This document shows positions 9,675 to 18,172 of a DNA stretch of 64,000 nt, piece by piece (the first letter of the stretch is position 1; the number at the start of each line of letters is the position of its first letter). The notes under the pieces are model-generated. The model was not told where the DNA came from, did not search any database, and was given only the letters and a program-made list of their open reading frames with translations. The stretch lies in sequence record OP079919.1; one strand, given 5' to 3'. This stretch comes from Klebsiella phage KPN8. Both the position numbers and the translations under genes were made by a program.

Positions 9675-10280
9675 TTAGTTTTTAATGTAATCCACTAACG
9701 CTTCAAAATCACCGTCGTAGAAATACGGTTTAATTTTGATTAAAGAACAAGCCGCAGACAGAGCATTTTCGTAACGATGAACGAATCGCTCAAAATACTC
9801 TCGGTTGAGAAGACGGGTTTCTTGATCATCTAAAATCGATCTGGATCCCGCTCTTTGTAAAAACGTATCGTGATCGATTTTTACAAAGATAAGTTTATCG
9901 GGGTACATTTGGGTGCTGAATATTTTTAAAGCCTTTACGTTGCGTTCTATAACACTGTAAAGACCTATTCGACCATTACCCTGATAAACCGCAGTAGAAA
10001 TGAAACAGCGATCGGAAATAACCGTCTTACCTTGGTTTAAAGCAGGAACAACAACTTTATCCCCTAACTCTATTCGCTGAGCAATAGCGAGATAAAGTTT
10101 TGCTTCTTCACAAATCCCATTATCGATAATGAGATTACGGATGGTTAACAAAGAGTCTGGAGACTTAGCCGGTTCCTCCACTTGAAGAACGTCGTAATTA
10201 TCGGCCTTCAATCTCTCTGTTAACTGTTTAGTTAAGGTTGACTTGCCCGCCAAGTCCATGCCTTCTAGAACAATGTACAT
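9675..10280 (-). CDS. tmk: thymidylate kinase (dTMP kinase)
   Basis: P-loop MYIVLEGMDLAGKSTL. DRY-type motif ISDRCFISTAVYQG. SD AGGAG 9 nt upstream. 201 aa. Confidence 0.85.
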   Translation of the reverse strand: MYIVLEGMDLAGKSTLTKQLTERLKADNYDVLQVEEPAKSPDSLLTIRNLIIDNGICEEAKLYLAIAQRIELGDKVVVPALNQGKTVISDRCFISTAVYQGNGRIGLYSVIERNVKALKIFSTQMYPDKLIFVKIDHDTFLQRAGSRSILDDQETRLLNREYFERFVHRYENALSAACSLIKIKPYFYDGDFEALVDYIKN

Positions 10281-10350
10281 AGTGAATTTCTCCTGTAGAT
10301 TTCTATCACTATAACTTATTTATAACCGTTTTATTTTAGGAACCAACATC

Positions 10351-10794
10351 ATGACCGAAGAAGAATTTAACGAGAAAGTAAAGGCTATTGCCGACGAACG
10401 GCAGATACCGGAAGTTTTCGCCGAATACATCGTTATTAGAGAATTTCTTCAATCTGACTCGTCATTCAAAATCGCTGACCATTTAGTCCGCATAGAGGAG
10501 TACGAGTACCGTAATATCAAGATTCCGCCAGAAAGATATGTATTTCGCCCTAGTATTTATGCGGCGGTCTCTGAACCCGCGGCTAACAAAAAAATAATAG
10601 GTTTAAAATTATACATCTTTGATTATTTCCATAATCTCAAACCGGGGTTAGTCTTTGCCTCTAACGAAGAGGAAGCGGTTAAACTTATCAAAGAACGCGG
10701 GGTAACCGGATTGCCAGACAGGTTTTATTCCACGGTTAAAGAAATAGAAATTCCTACTCACTCAACTTACGTTCGTTACGCTACCGGAGAATAA
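10351..10794 (+). CDS. hypothetical protein
   Basis: 147-aa ORF with SD TAGGAAC. Confidence 0.55.
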   Translation: MTEEEFNEKVKAIADERQIPEVFAEYIVIREFLQSDSSFKIADHLVRIEEYEYRNIKIPPERYVFRPSIYAAVSEPAANKKIIGLKLYIFDYFHNLKPGLVFASNEEEAVKLIKERGVTGLPDRFYSTVKEIEIPTHSTYVRYATGE

Positions 10795-10796
10795 AA

Positions 10797-11477
10797 ATGG
10801 AAAAGAAAAAAGAACCATCTTTATCTGAATCAGACTTACCTAAAAATAAGCTAGAAACCCCATTTGATCTTGTCGACAACTATCAAGAAAATAAAAAGGG
10901 GATCGTTGTTATTGTCACGCCCAATGAACAACTCCCTAAAGATGCTCAGGGTCGGACCCCTGACTTACGGTCGGACAGTTCTCCTGCTTTTAGAAGAGAA
11001 GATCTTTTTAAAGCAATGCAAGACGTCGATCTGGAAGAAACATATCCGGGTACTCGTAAAACAAATCCTGAGTTATACCGGTCTTCGCCTTATCCAACTC
11101 CCGAAAACAAGAATATCTTAAACGAAGTAACAGGTGGGATGAAGCGAGGAGAACTGAACTACCTTTCTGCTGAAACTGACCCTGAAAAATCTATCTTCCA
11201 TCCTAAAACTAATAGAGGATCGAGAACGTTATTGCGCGTTACCGATAAATGGTTCTTCTATCGCGTACATCAATTCCACGACGTTCATCACAAACGTCGT
11301 AAAGCGCGTTTCGATAAAATCACCTTCATGTTACTTCGACACAGTTGGGTCGAATACAAAGAATCGCTTCATAAGAAGAAATATCATATCTTCGATAAGA
11401 CCCCTCGGGCCAAGGCTGAACGTTTAGCACTTAAACGTTCCAGAGAAAAGATTAAACCAACTTTGATGATTAGTTGA
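10797..11477 (+). CDS. hypothetical basic protein
   Basis: SD GGAGA 6 nt upstream. Lys/Arg-rich C-terminal half. Confidence 0.6.
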   Translation: MEKKKEPSLSESDLPKNKLETPFDLVDNYQENKKGIVVIVTPNEQLPKDAQGRTPDLRSDSSPAFRREDLFKAMQDVDLEETYPGTRKTNPELYRSSPYPTPENKNILNEVTGGMKRGELNYLSAETDPEKSIFHPKTNRGSRTLLRVTDKWFFYRVHQFHDVHHKRRKARFDKITFMLLRHSWVEYKESLHKKKYHIFDKTPRAKAERLALKRSREKIKPTLMIS

Positions 11478-11785
11478 GGTTAGGCGTGGAGATTCCATTA
11501 GTAAGTTCAGGGGTTGGGATGCACGATAGGTATTACGAGATAATCAGATATGGTTTTAACGAGTGTTTAAACGGATTGGATGACGAAAACAACCAAGCCA
11601 GTTACAAAGATTATCATGGTAATACCTTTACGGCATGTCGGCTAAAACCTAATGATGGGTCTGTTCCTATTTATTCTTTCCGGGTAGGAGAACGAACCCT
11701 ATTAACAGGTGTAACTGATCCAAGAGCGGTGGACTTAACGGAATACCGTAACCTTTTTAGGTTCATTAAAATCAAAGGCTATTAG
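11474..11785 (+). CDS. hypothetical protein (start uncertain: TTG at 11474 or ATG near 11519)
   Basis: ORF overlaps the previous stop. The alternative ATG (MHDRYYEI) has AGGGG upstream. Confidence 0.4.
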   Translation: MRLGVEIPLVSSGVGMHDRYYEIIRYGFNECLNGLDDENNQASYKDYHGNTFTACRLKPNDGSVPIYSFRVGERTLLTGVTDPRAVDLTEYRNLFRFIKIKGY

Positions 11786-11787
11786 CT

Positions 11788-12219
11788 ATGACTGCAAAAA
11801 CGGTTTATAAGTCGGGTTATCTCCCTATTCAACTCGAAGGTTGTTCTAAAGAACAACTTATCGATATCAACAACCAGCTTTTTAACAGGCTTAAAGAGCT
11901 CCGTAAAAACTACATCCCTGGTGATTACGAAATCACTCTCATCACCGACATTCTGAAAGGCAAAGAACCCAAAAAGAATAGTTTCTTTTACAGTCTGACC
12001 TGCGTCAGGGATAACAGCTTGTTAGACCCCCCCATTTCAGAACTTAAAATCAAATTAAATTCTGTGGCAATTTTCCCTTACTCTTGGGTTATCAGGGGTC
12101 ATAAGGCCAGAAACGATAAAGATCCCGAAATTAAAAGATTGAAGAAACACCTCTTTCGGATTTATAAACACAATCTTCATAAGCGGTCTAAATTCCATAA
12201 ATTAAGGAAAGGTCAATGA
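11788..12219 (+). CDS. hypothetical basic protein
   Basis: 143-aa ORF packed 3 nt after the previous stop. Basic C-terminus. Confidence 0.5.
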   Translation: MTAKTVYKSGYLPIQLEGCSKEQLIDINNQLFNRLKELRKNYIPGDYEITLITDILKGKEPKKNSFFYSLTCVRDNSLLDPPISELKIKLNSVAIFPYSWVIRGHKARNDKDPEIKRLKKHLFRIYKHNLHKRSKFHKLRKGQ

Positions 12220-12542
12220 GATCTTTTACACAACCCTTTACGATACATCGATACCCTAGTGTCGATAAGTTCATAAGGGAACCCGGAAACAAATCTCTGC
12301 TGTTATTGAGTTTCTTCAACTTAGAGATCAAAATCAAGAACGCAGAGCTTAGGGGCCGTTAACAATCCATTTCCAGGAGATGTGTTCTTTACTGAGGAAG
12401 TTGGTAACGATAAAATTCTCTTAGTTGTCCGGGTTAACCTCGGTACCGGGGAACGTTACTACCAACTCAATAATCTGGAATGGGTTGTTTGCACTAACTC
12501 TCTCACCGTGAGAGAACTCACTTTACTTTTAGGATAATCATT

Positions 12543-13049
12543 ATGAACAATATTAAAGTTATCGGTCAAACAGAACAACGCGTCATCGACAAAGCACGCG
12601 CCTACAATAACCTCGTCAATGAAACCGATTTCGGAGACGGTAAAATCAAAACGGTTCACGAAGCTATCGTTCAACGCCTGCTCTGTGAAGCAGAGCAGCT
12701 CGGTTTAGATATCGATCAAGAGCCGTTTGCTTCTCTGGGGAATCGCCAATTCACATTCTACCGCGTCCCGGAAGATGCTCATCTCATTCCATGGCACAAT
12801 CATGTTTTCAACATCTGTCAAGTGGAAGACAAACTTCAGGCACGTGACGCTAAAATCGTCGCGATGACATTGAACGGGTTTGACTACCAGATCGAGGTTG
12901 ATTCGGAACGAGGAACTCGTACCTACTACCTTAACGGTCAACGTATTTGTGATTGCACCGGTACTCCGACGTTGCAAGATTTCAAAGATCTCTTCTCGGA
13001 AGAACGTCGTCGTTATTATCAGCAGTTAGAGAAGGCCCTACAGGGTTAG
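12543..13049 (+). CDS. hypothetical protein
   Basis: SD TAGGATAATCATT before the ATG. 168 aa. Confidence 0.6.
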   Translation: MNNIKVIGQTEQRVIDKARAYNNLVNETDFGDGKIKTVHEAIVQRLLCEAEQLGLDIDQEPFASLGNRQFTFYRVPEDAHLIPWHNHVFNICQVEDKLQARDAKIVAMTLNGFDYQIEVDSERGTRTYYLNGQRICDCTGTPTLQDFKDLFSEERRRYYQQLEKALQG

Positions 13050-13057
13050 GAGCGAAC

Positions 13058-13549
13058 ATGGATAAGAAAGGCCAAGGTTCTCTTTACGGCAAAATTATTT
13101 GTACCGGTTTCAATATCGATAAAACTACAGAAGAAGGGTTTGATCTCCTCAGTCTCGTATGGGGAAGAACACCCGGTGAACTTTCGAACTCTGAAATACC
13201 TGGGGTGTATTTAGAGCCATTCTCGCTCAAAGTAGAGAGAGTGGAGCTGAAGATGGCCGAAGAAATATTCGGTGCCGGATGTACGGTAAACTATTCGGGT
13301 ATAGCGGAAGATCACAAAAGCCACGTTTATCATGTCCGAGCGGAGACCTATGGAAGGGGACACTGTCACTTCGGATTAATTTATAATCACGAAACTGAGA
13401 AACTCCATTTCATTGAACGCGGTGATATTGACATCAAAGAAAGTGAGGGGCTTCAACACGCAACTATTGAAAAACTCATACTTTCTTACGACGTGGTAAA
13501 ATTCGAAGGTAGTCCGCAAGAATATATCGAGTTTATGAAAACTCGTTAA
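13058..13549 (+). CDS. hypothetical protein (163 aa; internal start chosen over the 12953 ATG)
   Basis: AGGAGCGAAC-ATG SD at 13058 (MDKKGQGSLYGK). The longer 12953 start would overlap the previous gene by ~100 nt. Confidence 0.55.
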   Translation: MDKKGQGSLYGKIICTGFNIDKTTEEGFDLLSLVWGRTPGELSNSEIPGVYLEPFSLKVERVELKMAEEIFGAGCTVNYSGIAEDHKSHVYHVRAETYGRGHCHFGLIYNHETEKLHFIERGDIDIKESEGLQHATIEKLILSYDVVKFEGSPQEYIEFMKTR

Positions 13550-13556
13550 AACCAAC

Positions 13557-13591
13557 TATACTCTCCTCCCCTTATCGGGGAGGAGAGTATA
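13557..13591. terminator. bidirectional terminator hairpin
   Basis: TATACTCTCCTCCCC-TTATC-GGGGAGGAGAGTATA is a perfect 15-bp stem. T9 follows on the + side. It sits between convergent genes. Confidence 0.75.
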
Positions 13592-13606
13592 ACTTATTTT
13601 TTTTTC

Positions 13607-15097
13607 TTACTTGTACGCGTCTTTAGTCAGCGTTCGTAAAACGATATACAACATCAGACTCGTTCTTAATGAACTTACTGTAATTCGGGTTTTTATCCCC
13701 GTCAGTTGTCTGACAATGTCATCGCCTTCATCTCGCATCTTAAAGACACTTTGGTTTTGGCTACGGCTACTGAGATACGCACCCCGCATTCGACGTAAGA
13801 CTTCTCTCAGGTCGTTAGCCCGAATACCGTTTTCCGTTAAGTATTCGAACAGGTGGGTAGTAACTTCATCGACGAACTCTTTGTATTTAGTTCCCTTTGG
13901 CGAGTTATACTGATCGGGGAATACCCGGATAATTCGCTCCAGTTTATCCCTGGGAGAGTTGTCAATGGCTTCCGCAGCGTAACCTACCAGCTCGTCCTTG
14001 TAAAATCCAGCAGAAGAACTGAGGACATTTTGGATGTAGTTTTTATACTGAGTTACGTTCTTCGTCACCTCTCGTACGCTTACTCCGTCTTCCAGCGTGA
14101 CCATCCCACCGTCCAATCTGACGATATTGGTTTTCGATTTCACTTCATGGAAAACTTTGTTAATGTCGTTGATCACGCCTCTGAGTCGATCCTGGATATC
14201 ACCGACCATGTAAATGATTTTCTTGTCATCATCCATGGTGGTAAACGTTTTATAATGGATCCCCGTTTTGGGATCTAAAATAAACTCAGCCCTGGCTCGG
14301 ATTAACGCCATCCAACTACCGTAACGTTTGATGTCATAACGCATGCTTAAACGGTTATAAGTTTCCATAGCGATCTCTTTCTTCGCCAGGTATTTATAAT
14401 CGTTCGCCATAATACTCGTCAAACATTTGTAATGGTACATCGCTAAGATGTTAACCATCGCATTGTGTTTAACGCGGTCATGGAGATCGCTATGAAACGT
14501 CCGGTACAGCAGGTAAACGATGCTTAGGTTGAACACGTCACCGGTGACTTTCCAGGTCGCATTGATCAGTTTACAGGCGTGGAGGTTTTCTCGTAACTCT
14601 TCTTCGTCGACATCGAAGATTTCAGCGAACCAGCGGTTTCTGTCTTCTGATGTGAAAACGATTCGGTGGATACCTAAATAGGGATTACCAAAGAATTCCA
14701 CGTACTGTTCGTTCTTGGTGGTAAACCCAATGACGTACCGGGTCAGTCTATCGGCCCAACGGTTATCGATTTCTAAATCGTGTCCGAATGCGTTAAACAC
14801 ACCGAGTATCGCGTGATCGGTATTGAAATTGTAATTGGGTAGCAGAGCTTCAAAACCAGATATCCCAAATGTTTTTTGAAGGAGTTTCTCGATTCCCTTG
14901 TCGGGGGTAATCTCCTCGAACATTTTGACTTCGGGTTCGGTGTCGTACATCCCGTCTTCGACCAACATCGGATCTCCGCTTAAAATCCCGCTGGGATCAA
15001 ATACCGGTAATCCAGAAAGCTTATCGAACCATTGACGGTCGTCATTCTGAAAATAACTTTCAGAACCGTTGAGACGATCTGCGTATTGATTAAACAT
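13607..15097 (-). CDS. hypothetical protein (496 aa)
   Basis: SD AGGAG 5-6 nt upstream of the ATG at 15097. No motif recognised. Confidence 0.7.
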   Translation of the reverse strand: MFNQYADRLNGSESYFQNDDRQWFDKLSGLPVFDPSGILSGDPMLVEDGMYDTEPEVKMFEEITPDKGIEKLLQKTFGISGFEALLPNYNFNTDHAILGVFNAFGHDLEIDNRWADRLTRYVIGFTTKNEQYVEFFGNPYLGIHRIVFTSEDRNRWFAEIFDVDEEELRENLHACKLINATWKVTGDVFNLSIVYLLYRTFHSDLHDRVKHNAMVNILAMYHYKCLTSIMANDYKYLAKKEIAMETYNRLSMRYDIKRYGSWMALIRARAEFILDPKTGIHYKTFTTMDDDKKIIYMVGDIQDRLRGVINDINKVFHEVKSKTNIVRLDGGMVTLEDGVSVREVTKNVTQYKNYIQNVLSSSAGFYKDELVGYAAEAIDNSPRDKLERIIRVFPDQYNSPKGTKYKEFVDEVTTHLFEYLTENGIRANDLREVLRRMRGAYLSSRSQNQSVFKMRDEGDDIVRQLTGIKTRITVSSLRTSLMLYIVLRTLTKDAYK

Positions 15098-15105
15098 ATC
15101 GTCTC

Positions 15106-15951
15106 CTAGATCCGACTTGGGACAGCGTTTCTGATGGCGTTGTATCTCCGATCCGGGTCAGAATACGTCATGAGTTTTATCCAGCGAGTTTTAAACAATT
15201 CCTCGTACTGGTTAAGACTATCACGGTACTCACTGATATCGTCACGGATAATATCAACCTGGACCCCAGAGCGGGCTACTCCTTCGTCGACTTTGTACCG
15301 AACTGTTTTCCAGATGTAGTTCTTGGTCATCAGGATAACTAAGTCGCCAAATACGTCGTAGGCTCTCGGATGTATCGTAGATAACCCATCGTCATAACTC
15401 AGGATAAGTTTACCTGTCAGGGAGAATACCCCACTCGGCGCGCCATGGATCACAAACGAGTTATTCCCGACGAGAGTTATATTCGTGAACGTCTGGGGGA
15501 TTTCTCGGTTGGGTAACATCCCGTTGATCATGGAGTTCAATGCATCGTTGACAGTACCTACCCCGCATGAGTCAGCATTGCCAAGTACGCTCATGATTCC
15601 ACTGGAGGAATTCATCGCCCCCTGGTAAACTTCCACAACCGAAATAATTTTCCGACCGCCCGTCAAGAAATCAGGGACGTTAACCAGCTGCATCCCTTGG
15701 CCGAGATGTTCAATCCGAGATCCGGTTAAATCAATCAGCTCTGTCACCCCACCCTGGACGTTGCACCGGGGTAGGATGATCGCATGTATAATTTTTTCTC
15801 GAATGCCTTGCTGAACGGTGGTCTGCGCGTACTGGTTATACCAGTTCCCGGTCAGATTCCCGTTAGGGTTCGAGAACGCAAGCTCCAACAGGTACTCGGG
15901 GATATCACTCCCGTTGAGAACTTTGTTGATCGCGTAGTCCACGCAGTTCAT
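15106..15951 (-). CDS. hypothetical protein (start ATG 15951 preferred over GTG 15966)
   Basis: GGGAG SD 8 nt upstream of the ATG (MNCVDYAINK). Packed 8 nt upstream of the next minus-strand gene. Confidence 0.6.
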   Translation of the reverse strand: MNCVDYAINKVLNGSDIPEYLLELAFSNPNGNLTGNWYNQYAQTTVQQGIREKIIHAIILPRCNVQGGVTELIDLTGSRIEHLGQGMQLVNVPDFLTGGRKIISVVEVYQGAMNSSSGIMSVLGNADSCGVGTVNDALNSMINGMLPNREIPQTFTNITLVGNNSFVIHGAPSGVFSLTGKLILSYDDGLSTIHPRAYDVFGDLVILMTKNYIWKTVRYKVDEGVARSGVQVDIIRDDISEYRDSLNQYEELFKTRWIKLMTYSDPDRRYNAIRNAVPSRI

Positions 15952-15966
15952 AATCAACTCCCACAC

Positions 15967-17109
15967 TGAGTTTCGGGACTGGAGAAATTTCCGTCTCGAT
16001 AAAAATTCAACTGAGAATTTTTACTCTGGGGTTTTCGGCGGTTATAATATTTCACTGCGGGAATTTAAAAACTCAACGGGTTTACGATCCCGTATGTTTT
16101 TGAGTTTTATTTCCCGTATAAAATACTCCGTGCCGTAAGACAACACCCCACAGAAAAAACCTCGCCTTCGGAAAAATTCCTCGAAGGCGAGTTGCCATGA
16201 TCTCACTCGAGCAAGAATCAATCCGACATACAATCCCAAACGGTCCGAAATTTTTTCTTCGGAATTTTGGTCATTGGTAAATTTTTACATACAAATCTAT
16301 TTTATATTTGTATTTTTCGCGTGCGCGGATATTCCAAATTTTCAAAGATAATCTAAAACCGATTCCAATTCTGGGTTTTTATTTTTCTGTGTTTTGATTT
16401 TCCAAATCCAATTTTCAAAAATCTAAATCTAAAAAATCTAAAAAATTTAATACTCAAAAATCAATTTTTCCTAGGGGTCCTTATTACGCGTGCGTACGCC
16501 CGCACGCGTATAAAAAACAAATATAATACTACGTATTATATTTTCCTTTGGTTTTATATTTTTAATTTATTAAAAATATATTAATATAAATTATTATATT
16601 TTTTATTAGTTTGTTTTTATAAAAAATATATAAATATATATTTATATATATTTATATTCATTAGGCGCGCGCCAGCGTGCGTGTGTGTACGTGCGCGCAC
16701 GCGTAATAGAGAAGGGATGATAAAAATACAGGATTTAATCTGAGAAATTATCCAGAAAAAATCACACAGAGTAAAAAAATATTAACCGGAACGATTTTGA
16801 GAAGATTTAATACCCAACCTAGGAATTCGTATCAGTCGGATGAAAAAGGGTTTTAGAAATCGATACAGGAAGTTTTAGAGGGTATTCCGATCGAGTTCTC
16901 AGGAAAGAATTATTCAGATTAAAATATTTTAATCAGGGTAATTAATTTTTACAGTGAATTAAATTTATCGAGACGAGAAGATTTAATCGCAAAGTAATAT
17001 CTTACGGAGAGTATAATCTTCTGAACAGGACCGAGATCTCGAATAGCCAGATGGAAATTATCCATCCGTTCGAAAGTTAACCTGAAATATCCCTAAGAGG
17101 CCAAATCCT
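15967..17109. promoter_or_regulatory. 1.1-kb extremely AT-rich divergent intergenic region with GC palindromic islands, direct repeats and an alternating purine-pyrimidine tract (candidate origin / early-promoter hub)
   Basis: No ORF with an SD. It lies between the 5' ends of a minus-strand operon and a plus-strand operon. See findings for the individual elements. Confidence 0.5.
16152..16191 (-). terminator. minus-strand intrinsic terminator inside the intergenic region
   Basis: CTCGCCTTCG/CGAAGGCGAG is a 10-bp stem. On the minus strand it is followed by GTTTTTTCT. Confidence 0.4.
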
Positions 17110-17844
17110 ATGCAACCAGCTAACCCATGGAAAAACAACAAACACGTTAAATCACAAGATAACACCACCGCAGACCGGTACGAATCTCTTCTGCGTGAAT
17201 TACCTGATGCGCTCAATGCGACTCCCAGAGACCCAGGTTACTTGATCGCTACCAAAAAGATTTTATTAGTACTGGAAATTCTCGAAGGAACTCGATTGTC
17301 AGTTCGTGACGTGATGGAAAACGAGAACCTGATTCGTAAAGTTCACGAGTTACTGGTGGAGTTGGGTTGGAAGCAAGCGATTAGCCGAGGGACTCAGGTT
17401 TTTGTTACTCACCAGGATTTAATTAAACCGGGTGTTTACCGATTGATTGATCTCGATGAAACCGCGATGGGTTACACCAAAGAGATCATGGATCATATTT
17501 TATTAGACCGTCGGTTCAGTGTTCGGGTGGACGGTAACGATATCCGGATTCTTCCTGGAGACCGTAGTGCGAGTAATCCGTTTAGTCTGCTGTCTGCTAA
17601 CGTAGTAAGTAGCTGGCGTAAGGCGATACGGGAATACGATAAAACTGTTACCAGTAATCTTATTGGACATCTGACGGTTATCGGCGAAGATACGATGAGT
17701 TGCCCGCTCGATTTAAAACTCATCTTCGCCCTGCTGGATTACCTCGGCTGGCCGGAAATGTATTTAACCGGCGAACAGATCTTATTGAGTAACCCCATGG
17801 GTGATTATCAAACCCTCGAGGTGAATTTTATCGATCCTGAGTAA
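17110..17844 (+). CDS. hypothetical protein (244 aa)
   Basis: SD AAGAGG 10 nt upstream. First gene of the rightward operon after the AT-rich region. Confidence 0.65.
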   Translation: MQPANPWKNNKHVKSQDNTTADRYESLLRELPDALNATPRDPGYLIATKKILLVLEILEGTRLSVRDVMENENLIRKVHELLVELGWKQAISRGTQVFVTHQDLIKPGVYRLIDLDETAMGYTKEIMDHILLDRRFSVRVDGNDIRILPGDRSASNPFSLLSANVVSSWRKAIREYDKTVTSNLIGHLTVIGEDTMSCPLDLKLIFALLDYLGWPEMYLTGEQILLSNPMGDYQTLEVNFIDPE

Positions 17845-17962
17845 TTCTCAACTACAGTCCGATGTTATTAGTAAAGATCTTTGGACTCCCTGTTGATTAA
17901 CTAGCGACCCAACCTCATCTCTTTGAACCTCCTTACCACGAGCGAGATAACCAAAGTAGCTA

Positions 17963-17998
17963 GGGATTTTCAGGGGGTTCAATCCCCATTTTCGTTAA
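17963..17998 (+). terminator. weak terminator-like hairpin after the 17110 gene
   Basis: GGGATT-(12-nt loop)-AATCCC followed by CATTTTCGTT. Confidence 0.3.
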
Positions 17999-18100
17999 TC
18001 TTATTAGACCCACTGTCCTAAGCCCATGAAGCCTTGAAATCTCTCCTGTAGCAGACAAAGTTTTCGTTCGGTGGGATAGATTAACGTTTTTATTCACGTC

Positions 18101-18172
18101 GTATTATCTGATGAGTCTTCGACGCTAAACAAGACGAAACCTAATGAATCTATTTTATTAGGTCATAATTCA
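18101..18172 (+). ncRNA. type I hammerhead self-cleaving ribozyme
   Basis: Helix I 3' strand AUUAU (18103-18107), then CUGAUGA (18108-18114). Helix II GUCUU (18115-18119), loop cgacgcuaaac (18120-18130), AAGAC (18131-18135), 5 bp. GAA (18136-18138). Helix III ACCUAAU (18139-18145), 11-nt loop (18146-18156), AUUAGGU (18157-18163), 7 bp with a canonical A15.1-U16.1 pair. GUC triplet with C17 at 18164. Helix I 5' strand AUAAU (18165-18169) pairs with AUUAU. Predicted cleavage is between 18164 and 18165. Confidence 0.8.

Noticed and set aside
12459-12977. Minus-strand ORFs of 71 and 90 aa antisense to the 12543 gene
   Set aside because: They are nested antisense ORFs without SDs, whereas the + strand gene has a strong SD.
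16042-16239. 65-aa minus-strand ORF in the AT-rich intergenic region
   Set aside because: It spans the strand-specific terminator hairpin and has no SD. More likely the region is non-coding.
16418-16448. Short tandem AATCTA repeats as a possible CRISPR or minisatellite array
   Set aside because: The units are 6-8 nt with no spacers of unique sequence and no cas genes. They were classed as iteron-like direct repeats instead.
17963-17990. tRNA-like T-arm (GGGGGTTCAATCCCCA)
   Set aside because: No matching acceptor stem, D-arm or anticodon arm could be built in the flanks. It is better explained as a terminator hairpin followed by ATTTTCGTT.
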